From the human T2T-CHM13v2.0 reference genome, Homo sapiens, in NCBI RefSeq assembly GCF_009914755.1, contig NC_060945.1: DNA of 64,000 nt; one strand, written 5' to 3'. A program made the translations under genes and the position numbers. The notes beneath the pieces were generated by a model. That model had not been told where the DNA came from. It made no database searches and was given only the letters and a program-made list of their open reading frames with translations. Of this stretch, positions 38,431-53,565 are shown piece by piece (positions within the stretch are counted from its first letter, which is position 1; every line of letters starts with the position of its first letter).

Positions 38431-39789
38431 TAAATACGGAAATTAATTAATTCATTAATTCTTTTCCCTGCTGACGGACATTTGCAGGCAGGCATCGGTT
38501 GTCTTCGGGCATCACCTAGCGGCCACTGTTATTGAAAGTCGACGTGACACGGAGGGAGGTCTCGCCGACTTCACCGAGCCTGGGGCAACGGGTTTCTCTC
38601 TCTCCCTTCTGGAGGCCCCTCCCTCTCTCCCTCGTTGCCTAGGGAACCTCGCCTAGGGAACCTCCGCCCTGGCGGGGGCCCTATTGTTCTTTGATCGGCG
38701 CTTTACTTTTCTTTGTGTTTTGGCGCCTAGACTCTTCTACTTGGGCTTTGGGAAGGGTCAGTTTAATTTTCAAGTTGCCCCCCGGCTCCCCCCACTACCC
38801 ACGTCCCTTCACCTTAATTTAGTGAGTCGGTTAGGTGGGTTTCCCCCAAACCGCCCCCCCCCCCCCCCGCCTCCCAACACCCTGCTTGGAAACCTTCCAG
38901 AGCCACCCCGGTGTGCCTCCGTCTTCTCTCCCCTTCCCCCACCCCTTGCCGGCGATCTCATTCTTGCCAGGCTGACATTTGCATCGGTGGGCGTCAGGCC
39001 TCACTCGGGGGCCACCGTTTTTGAAGATGGGGGCGGCACGGTCCCACTTCCCCGGAGGCAGCTTGGGCCGATGGCATAGCCCCTTGACCCGCGTGGGCAA
39101 GCGGGCGGGTCTGCAGTTGTGAGGCTTTTCCCCCCGCTGCTTCCCGCCTCAGGCCTCCCTCCCTAGGAAAGCTTCACCCTGGCTGGGTCTCGGTCACCTT
39201 TTATCACGATGTTTTAGTTTCTCCGCCCTCCGGCCAGCAGAGTTTCACAATGCGAAGGGCGCCACGGCTCTAGTCTGGGCCTTCTCAGTACTTGCCCAAA
39301 ATAGAAACGCTTTCTGAAAACTAATAACTTTGCTCACTTAAGATTTCCAGGGACGGCGCCTTGGCCCGTGTTTGTTGGCTTGTTTTGTTTCGTTCTGTTT
39401 TGTTTTGTTCGTGTTTTTCCTTTCTCGTATGTCTTTCTTTTCAGGTGAAGTAGAAATCCCCAGTTTTCAGGAAGACGTCTATTTTCCCCAAGACACGTTA
39501 GCTGCCGTTTTTTCCTGTTGTGAACTAGCGCTTTTGTGACTCTCTCAACGTGCAGTGAGAGCCGGTTGATGTTTACTATCCTTCATCATGACATCTTATT
39601 TTCTAGAAATCCGTAGGCGAATGCTGCTGCTGCTCTTGTTGCTGTTGTTGTTGTTGTTGTTGTCGTCGTTGCTGTTGTCGTTGTCGTTGTTGTTGTCGTT
39701 GTCGTTGTTTTCAAAGTATACCCCGGCCACCGTTTATGGGATCAAAAGCATTATAAAATATGTGTGATTATTTCTTGAGCACGCCCTTC

Positions 39790-40382
39790 CTCCCCCTCTC
39801 TCTGTCTCTCTGTCTGTCTCTGTCTCTCTCTTTCTCTGTCTGTCTTCTCTCTCTCTCTCTCTCTGTGTCTCTCTCTCTCTGCCTGTCTGTTTCTCTCTCT
39901 CTGCCTCTCTCTCTCTCTCTCTCTCTGCCTGTCTCTCTCACTGTGTCTGTCTTCTGTCTTACTCCCTTTCTCTGTCTGTCTGTCGGTCTCTCTCTCTCTC
40001 TCTCCCTGTCTGTATGTTTCTCTCTGTCTCTGTCTCTCTCTCTCTTTCTGTTTCTCTCTCTCCGTCTCTGTCTTTCTCTGACTGTCTCTCTCTTTCCTTC
40101 TCTCTGTCTCTCTCTGCCTGTCTCTCTCACTCTGTCTTCTGTCTTACTCTCTCTCTCTGCCTGCCTGTCTCTCTCACTCTCTCTCTCTGTGTGTCTCTCT
40201 CTCTCTTTCTGTTTCTCTCTGTCTCTCTGTCCGTCTCTGTCTTTCTCTGTCTGTCTCTTTGTCTGTCTGTCTTTGTCTTTCCTTCTCTCTGTCTCTGTCT
40301 CTCTCACTGTGTCTGTCTTCTGTCTTAGTCTCTCTCTCTCTCTCTCCCTGTCTGTCTGTCTCTCTCTCTCTCTCCCCCTGTC

Positions 40383-40425
<43 letters not shown>

Positions 40426-40954
40426 TTGTCTTTCTTTCTGTCTCTGTCTCTCTCTCTCTCTCTGTGTGTCTGTCTTCTGTCTTACTGTCTTTCTCTGCCT
40501 GTCTGTCTGTCTGTCTCTCTCTGTCTGTCTCTCTCTCTCTCTCCCCCCTGTCGGCTGTTTCTCTGTCTCTGTCTGTGTCTCTCTTTCTGTCTGTTTCTCT
40601 CTGTCTGTCTTTCTCTCTCTGTCTCTTTCTCTCTGTCTCTCTGTCTGTCTCTGTCTCTCTCTCTGTCTCTCTCTCTCTGTGGGGGTGTGTGTGTGTGTGT
40701 GTATGTGTGTGTGTGTGTGTGTGTGTGTCTGCCTTCTGTCTTACTCTCTTTCTCTGCCTGTCTGTCTGCCTGTCTGTTTGTCTCTCTCTCTCTGCCTGTC
40801 TCTCTCCCTTCCTGTCTGTTTCTCTCTCTTTCTGTTTCTCTCTGTCTCTGTCCATCTCTGTCTTTCTCCGTCTGTCTCTTTATCTGTCTCTCTCTCTCTT
40901 TCTGTCTTTCTCTCTCTGTGTATCGTTGTCTCTCTCTGTCTGTCTCTGTCTCTG

Positions 40955-40987
<33 letters not shown>

Positions 40988-41050
40988 GTCTGTCTGTCCG
41001 TCTGTCTGTCTCGGTCTCTGGCTCTCGCTATCTCCCGCCCTCTCTTTTTT
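39790..41050 (+). repeat. Third CT-rich tract with embedded (GT)n
   Basis: Same CTTCTGTCTTACTC marker; ends ctctcgctatctc, similar to the LR tract ends. Confidence 0.93.
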
Positions 41051-42330
41051 TGCAAAAGAAGCTCAAGTACATCTAATCTAATCCCTTACCAAGGCCTGAA
41101 TTCTTCACTTCTGACATCCCAGATTTGATCTCCCTACAGAATGCTGTACAGAACTGGCGAGTTGATTTCTGGACTTGGATACCTCATAGAAACTACATAT
41201 GAATAAAGATCCAATCCTAAAATCTGGGGTGGCTTCTCCCTCGACTGTCTCGAAAAATCGTACCTCTGTTCCCCTAGGATGCCGGAAGAGTTTTCTCAAT
41301 GTGCATCTGCCCGTGTCCTAAGTGATCTGTGACCGAGCCCTGTCCGTCCTGTCTCAAATATGTACGTGCAAACACTTCTCTCCATTTCCACAACTACCCA
41401 CGGCCCCTTGTGGAACCACTGGCTCTTTGAAAAAAATCCCAGAAGTGGTTTTGGCTTTTTGGCTAGGAGGCCTAAGCCTGCTGAGAACTTTCCTGCCCAG
41501 GATCCTGTGTGACCAAAAGTGCCTCTGCTGGGAGCTGGGATCCTCGGGACCATGCTTGCTAGCGCTGGATGAGTCTCTGGAAGGACGCACGGGACTCCGC
41601 AAAGCTGACCTGTCCCACCGAGGTCAAATGGATACCTCTGCATTGGCCCGAGGCCTCCGAAGTACATCACCGTCACCAACCGTCACCGTCAGCATCCTTG
41701 TGAGCCTGCCCAAGGCCCCGCCTCCGGGGAGACTCTTGGGAGCCCGGCCTTCGTCGGCTAAAGTCCAAAGGGATGGTGACTTCCACCCACAAGGTCCCCA
41801 CTGAACGGCGAAGATGTGGAGCGTAGGTCAGAGAGGGGACCAGGAGGGGAGACGTCCCGACAGGCGACGAGTTCCCAAGGCTCTGGCCACCCCACCCACG
41901 CCCCACGCCCCACGTCCCGGGCACCCGCGGGACACCGCCGCTTTATCCCCTCCTCTGTCCACAGCCGGCCCCACCCCACCACGCAACCCACGCACACACG
42001 CTGGAGGTTCCAAAACCACACGGTGTGACTAGAGCCTGACGGAGCGAGAGCCCATTTCACGAGGTGGGAGGGGTGGGGGTGGGGTGGGTTGGGGGTTGTG
42101 GGGTCTGTGGCGAGCCCGATTCTCCCTCTTGGGTGGCTACAGGCTAGAAATGAATATCGCTTCTTGGGCGGAGGGGCTTCCTTAGGCCATCACCGCTTGC
42201 GGGACTACCTCTCAAACCCTCCCTTGAGGCCACAAAATAGATTCCACCCCACCCATCGACGTTTCCCCCGGGTGCTGGATGTATCCTGTCAAGAGACCTG
42301 AGCCTGACACCGTCGAATTAAACACCTTGA

Positions 42331-42555
<225 letters not shown>

Positions 42556-42600
42556 TAGATTCGAGCCACACCTCATTCCGTGCCACAGAGAGACTTCTTT

Positions 42601-45600
42601 TTTTTTTTTTTTTTAAGCGCAACGCAACATGTCTGCCTTATTTGAGTGGCTTCCTATATCATTATAATTGTGTTATAGATGAAGAAACGGTATTAAACAC
42701 TGTGCTAATGATAGTGAAAGTGAAGACAAAAGAAAGGCTATCTATTTTGTGGTTAGAATAAAGTTGCTCAGTATTTAGAGCTACCTAAATACGTCAGCAT
42801 TTACACTCTTCCTAGTAAAAGCTGGCCAATCTGAATAATCCTCCTTTAAACAAACACAATTTTTGATAGGGTTAAGATTTTTTTAAGAATGCGACTCCTG
42901 CAAAATAGCTGAACAGACGATACACATTTAAAAAAATAACAACACAAGGATCAACCAGACTTGGGAAAAAATCGAAAACCACACAAGTCTTATGAAGAAC
43001 TGAGTTCTTAAAATAGGACGGAGAACGTAGCTATCGGAAGAGAAGGCAGTATTGGCAAGTTGATTGTTACGTTGGTCAGCAGTAGCTGGCACTATCTTTT
43101 TGGCCATCTTTCGGGCAATGTAACTACTACAGCAAAATGAGATATGATCCATTAAACAACATATTCGCAAATCAAAAAGTGTTTCAGTAATATAATGCTT
43201 CAGATTTAGAAGCAAATCAAATGATAGAACTCCACTGCTGTAATAAGTCACCCCAAAGATCACCGTATCTGACAAAATAACTACCACAGGGTTATGACTT
43301 CAGAATCATACTTTCTCTTGATATTTACTTATGTATGTATTTATTTTTTTTAATTTATTTCTCTTGAGACGGCGTCTCGCTCTGTCGCCCAGGCTGGAGT
43401 GCGATGGTGTGATCTCGGCTCACTGCAACCGCCACCTCCCTGGGTTCAAGCGATTCTCCTGCCTCAGCCTCCCGAGTAGCTGGGACTACAGGTGCCCGCC
43501 ACCACGCCCAGCTAATCTTTATACTTTTAATAGAGACGGGGTTTCACCGTGTCGGCCCGGATGGTCTCGATCTCTTGACCTCGTGACCCGCCCGCCTCGG
43601 CCTCCCAAAGTGCTGGGATGACAGGCGTGAGCCACTGAGCCCGGCCTTCTCTTGACGTTTAAACTATGAAGTCAGTCCAGAGAAACGCAATAAATGTCAA
43701 CGGTGAGGATGGTGTTGAGGCAGAAGTAGGACCACACTTTTTCCTATCTTATTCAGTTGATAACAATATGACCTAGGTAGTAATTTCCTATGTGCCTACT
43801 TATACACGAGTACAAAAGAGTAAAACAGAGAGACTGCTAAATTAAAGGGTACGTGAAGTTCTTCATAGTAACTCCGTAAACTGGAACACTGTCAAAAAGC
43901 AGCAGCTAGTGAATTGTTTCCATGTATTTTTCTATGATCCAATAAGTGAACTATGCTATTCCTTTCCAGTCTCCCAAGCACTTCTTGTCCCCATCACCAC
44001 TTCGGTGCTCGAAGAAAAAGTAACAAATCAAGGAACACAACTAAAGAAACACACACACAAACCAAAGACAACTACAGCGTCTGCAAAAGTTTGCTAGAAG
44101 ACTGAAACTGTTGAGTATAAGGATCTGGTATTCTACGATCATGAGTTCACTTCAGAGTTTGTTCAAGACATACGTTTCGTAAGGAAACATCTTAGTTAGA
44201 AGTTATTCAGCAGTAGGTACCATCCCTAAGTATTTTTCACCAAATTCGTGACAATAAAGAGCTATCTAACCAGAAAAATTAGCGAGTACCGGCACCATCC
44301 ATAGGGCTTTGTCTTTACGCTTCATTAGCACTTACCATGCCTTACAATGTCTAGGATTGACCCTGATAGCATTTCGAAAACAAGCTAATGCTTTGTCCAG
44401 TTCTTCAGTGAAGACAAGCTCACGCCCTAATGCGCTATAGGCATAAGCATCATTTGGATCCACTTCGAGAGTTCTCTGGAAGAATTGAATCGCAATATCG
44501 TGTTCCCGTTGCAGACCGAAACAGTTCCCTGCAGCACACCAGGCCTCTGGCTGGCGAATTTTTATCCATGTCTGTGAAGTCTTTGGACAGAACTGAAAGA
44601 GCAACCTCTTTCGGAGGATGCCAAAGTGTTGTAGAGTAGATCTCCATGCCTTCGACTCTGTAATTCTCAATCCTCCTAACCTCTGAGAATTGTCTTTCAG
44701 CTTGCGTGGACTCTGAAAGTTTACAATAGGCCCTTCCGATTTGGCACAGTACCCAACCGGTATTGCGGTGGTGAGAAGCTAGATGGCTCAAGATGCTGAT
44801 AGCTTCTTTGCCGTGGTAAGAACACAAAGCTAAATAACCTTTCCCCCTTTCACGAAGAAGGCTCATCAAGCCTTCCGCTGCTGCTTTTTGTAGATTAAAA
44901 GCCTGAATCTGAGGCGCGATTGCGGCTATTTTCCCTTCTGAAATGACGGAAGAGTCCAATTTTGTCACTTCCAGGCTATCACTTATGTTCGGTGGAGTTA
45001 TTGCTCCTTTATTAGTTTTACTTTTGGTTCTTCTGTTTGGGATTTTAGGTGGAAACTTCATTTTTAATTTTCTCCTATTCTCCTCGGTTGTGGAGCTGTC
45101 ACTAGTCAAGAGTCGTGAATGTCTTCGAGGCGGTGCATTTGGGGGAGATGCCATAGTGGGGCTCAATACCTGAGGTGTTGCCCTTGTCGGCGGACCAGAA
45201 CTTTGTGTTTTTGCAAGGACTGGAGTTACCTTTCGGCTCTTTCCCCTCTGCGAGAAGACAGACGGTGTTCCGGTTTGGCCGATTCTGGCAACAGGCTTTT
45301 TTGAAGGGGCTCCGGTGGATGGCACGTCAATGACAGACGGTGTCTCATACCAGTGCAGTTTTGTCAATAGGGTCCGTCTCCGGGACTTGGGGTTTCTAAT
45401 GGCAAAATGCCAACACTTGGGGTTAATGGACTAACAGCTGCTGGTCCTCCTAATAAACTTCGACCAGTTTTTGGTTTATGTTGAACCTGTTTAGATCATA
45501 TGGAAGTTCCTGTTCCCAGTGGGACAGTATCAGGTGAAAGGACAGCTGAATCGATAGAAGACACTGGGGAGTCTGTATTCAAGGAGTACTTTGAATTGGA

Positions 45601-46393
45601 AGATTCTAAATTCCATCCGTTTCATTCGACGGTGTCCTGGGGTGTTTCCGTAAGAACGGTCTCGGGCTGTCTGTGACATAAACTAGGACGAGGTCCAAGT
45701 GTTGTGGCGCAACACTTGGACAGGCAGTTGCTAAAGCTCTCTAGAGAGGTGAATCAAAATGTTTGGTCAGGATCTGGCTTTTCCCCCCTATTTCACATCA
45801 TGATTCAAAGGGACACCAGAGGAAAGGATTTCAACGAAGGCTCTTTTGGTCACATTCTGATCCTTTGGTAAGCCGATCTGTCTTGCAATATACATGTCCC
45901 GACGATGGAAGGGGAAAGCGAGCTGAATCACCAAACTCAGGAACGATAATATCATCGTGGCTTTTCTGCTTATGAAACACTCCACCCGATAAGATTTGAT
46001 CCCCTTCTGCAAGCTTGCTGAGATCAACACAACATTTCGCAAGCAGGCATTTGCATTGCGGGGTAGTACAACTGTGTCCTTTCAAGAGTCTATATGTTTT
46101 ATAGGCCTTTCCTGAGCGGTAAGAACAGGTCGCCAGTAAGAACAAGGCTTCTTCTGAGTGTACTTCTGCATAAAGGCGTTCTGCGGGGGAAACCGCATCT
46201 CGGTAGGCATAGTGGTTTAGTGCTTGCCATATAGCAGCCTGGACGGGTCCCTGCAGCACCGCCATCCTCGAGGCTCAGGCCCACTTTCTGCAGTGCCACA
46301 GGCACCCCCCCCCCCCATAGCGGCTCCGGCCCGGCCAGCCCCGGCTCATTTAAAGGCACCAGCCGCCGTTACCGGGGGATGGGGGAGTCCGAG
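42601..46393 (-). pseudogene. CDC27: CDC27 retrocopy: CDS-derived part 44332-46265, 5'UTR to 46393, inferred 3' extension to poly(A) at ~42600
   Basis: CDC27-like peptides in ORFs 45831..46265, 44450..45367 and 44332..44670, with stops and frameshifts. Poly-T at 42598-42614; flanking direct repeats at 42585-42600 and 46394-46409. Confidence 0.9.
43328..43646 (-). mobile_element. Alu with target-site duplication, nested in the retrocopy 3' extension
   Basis: TTCTCTTGAtaTTTA (43313-43327) / TTCTCTTGAcgTTTA (43647-43661). Confidence 0.88.
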
Positions 46394-46918
46394 ACAGAAT
46401 GACTTCTTTATCCTGCTGACTCTGGAAAGCCCGGCGCCTTGTGATCCATTGCAAACCGAGAGTCACCTCGTGTTTAGAACACGGATCCACTCCCAAGTTC
46501 AGTGGGGGGATGTGAGGGGTGTGGCAGGTAGGACGAAGGACTCTCTTCCTTCTGATTCGGTCTGCACAGTGGGGCCTAGGGCTGGAGCTCTCTCCGTGCG
46601 GACCGCTGACTCCCTCTACCTTGGGTTCCCTCGGCCCCACCCTGGAACGCCGGGCCTTGGCAGATTCTGGCCCTTCCTGGCCCTTCAGTCGCTGTCAGAA
46701 ACCCCATCTCATGCTCGGATGCCCCGAGTGACTGTGGCTCGCACCTCTCCGGAAACATTGGAAATCTCTCCTCTACGCGCGGCCACCTGAAACCACAGGA
46801 GCTCGGGACACACGTGCTTTCGGGAGAGAATGCTGAGAGTCTCTTGCCGACTCTCTCTTGACTTGAGTTCTTCGTGGGTGCGTGGTTAAGACGTAGTGAG
46901 ACCAGATGTATTAACTCA

Positions 46919-51568
<4,650 letters not shown>

Positions 51569-52644
51569 TGTTGACTCATTTCGCTTTTTTATTTCTTTCG
51601 TTTCCACGCGTTTACTTATATGTATTAATGTAAACGTTTCTGTACGCTTATATGCAAACAACGACAACGTGTATCTCTGCATTGAATACTCTTGCGTATG
51701 GTAAATACGTATCGGTTGTATGGAAATAGACTTCTGTATGATAGATGTAGGTGTTTGTGTTATACAAATAAATACACATCGCTCTATAAAGAAGGGATCG
51801 TCGATAAAGACGTTTATTTTACGTATGAAAAGCGTCGTATTTATGTGTGTAAATGAACGAGCGTACGTAGTTATCTCTGTTTTCTTTCTTCCTCTCCTTC
51901 GTGTTTTTCTTCCTTCCTTTCTTCCTTTCTCTCCTTCTTTAGGTTTTTCTTCCTCTCTTCCTTTCCTTCTTTCTCTCTTTCTGTCCTTTTTTCCTTCGTG
52001 CTTTATTTCTCTTTCGTTCCCTGTGTTTCCTTCTTTTTTCTTTCCTCTCTGTTTCTTTTTCCCTTCTTTCCTTCGTTTCTTTCCTCATTCTTTCTCTCTT
52101 TTTCGTGTTTCTTTCCTTCCCGTCTGTCTTTTAAAAAATGGAGTGTTTCAGAAGTTTACTTTGTGTATCTACGTTTTCTAAATTGTCTCTCTTTTCTCCA
52201 TTTTCTTCCTCCCTCCCTCCCTCCCTCCCTCCCTGCTCCCTTCCCTCCCTCCTTCCCTTTCGCCATCTGTCTCTTTTCCCCACTCCCCTCCCCCCGTCTG
52301 TCTCTGCGTGGATTCCGGAAGAGCCTACGCATTCTGCCTCTCCGTGTGTCTGCAGCGACCCGCGACCGAGTCCTTGTGTGTTCTTTCTCCCTCCCTCCCT
52401 CCCTCCCTCCCTCCCTCCCTGCTTCCGAGAGGCATCTCCAAACACCCACGCGCCGTGGGTTGTCTTCTGACTCTGTCGCGGTCGAGGCAGAGACGCGTTT
52501 TGGGCACCGTTTGTGTGGGGTTGGGGCAGAGGGGCTGCGTTTTCGGCCTCGGGAAGAGCTTCTCGACTCACGGTTTCGCTTTCGCGGTCCACGGGCCGCC
52601 CTGCCAGCCGGATCTGTCTCGCTGACGTCCGCGGCGGTTGTCGG

Positions 52645-52658
52645 GCTCCATCTGGCGG
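52645..52658 (-). promoter_or_regulatory. CTCF motif, unit 2
   Basis: Copy of 7858-7871. Confidence 0.7.
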
Positions 52659-52898
52659 CCGCTTTGAGATCGTGCTCTCGGCTTCCGGAGCTGCGGTGGC
52701 AGCTGCCGAGGGAGGGGACCGTCCCCGCTGTGAGCTAGGCAGAGCTCCGGAAAGCCCGCGGTCGTCAGCCCGGCTGGCCCGGTGGCGCCAGAGCTGTGGC
52801 GCGTCGCTTGTGAGTCACAGCTCTGGCGTGCAGGTTTATGTGGGGGAGAGGCTGTCGCTGCGCTTCTGGGCCCGCGGCGGGCGTGGGGCTGCCCGGGC

Positions 52899-52909
52899 CG
52901 GTCGACCAG
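52899..52909 (+). terminator. Tsp, unit 2
   Basis: CGGTCGACCAG. Confidence 0.75.
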
Positions 52910-53371
52910 CGCGCCGTAGCTCCCGAGGCCCGAGCCGCGACCCGCGGGGACCCGCCGCGCGTGGCGCGGGAGGCTGGGGACGCCCTTCCCGGCCCGGTCG
53001 CGGGTCCGCGCTCATCCTGGCCGTCTGAGGCGGCGGCCGAATTCGTTTCCGAGTCCCCGTGGGGAGCCGGGGACCGTCCCGCCCCCGTCCCCCGGGTGCC
53101 GGGGAGCGGTCCCCGGGCCGGGCCGCGGTCCCTCTGCCGCGATCCTTTCTGGCGAGTCCCCGTGCGGAGTCGGAGAGCGCTCCCTGAGCGCGCGTGCGGC
53201 CCGAGAGGTCGCGCCTGGCCGGCCTTCGGTCCCTCGTGTGTCCCGGTCGTAGGAGGGGCCGGCCGAAAATGCTTCCGGCTCCCGCTCTGGAGACACGGGC
53301 CGGCCCCCTGCGTGTGGCACGGGCGGCCGGGAGGGCGTCCCCGGCCCGGCGCTGCTCCCGCGTGTGTCCTG

Positions 53372-53382
53372 GGGTTGACCAG
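53372..53382 (+). terminator. T0, unit 2
   Basis: GGGTTGACCAG. Confidence 0.85.
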
Positions 53383-53391
53383 AGGGCCCCG

Positions 53392-53565
53392 GGCGCTCCG
53401 TGTGTGGCTGCGATGGTGGCGTTTTTGGGGACAGGTGTCCGTGTCGCGCGTCGCCTGGGCCGGCGGCGTGGTCGGTGACGCGACCTCCCGGCCCCGGGGG
53501 AGGTATATCTTTCGCTCCGAGTCGGCATTTTGGGCCGCCGGGTTATTGCTGACACGCTGTCCTCT
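53392..53565 (+). promoter_or_regulatory. 47S Pol I promoter, unit 2; TSS 53548
   Basis: gggttatt|GCTGACACGCTG. Confidence 0.97.

Noticed and set aside
44332-46265. Functional CDC27 gene
   Set aside because: Premature stop after ~144 codons, frameshifts, no introns within the coding part, C-terminus missing.
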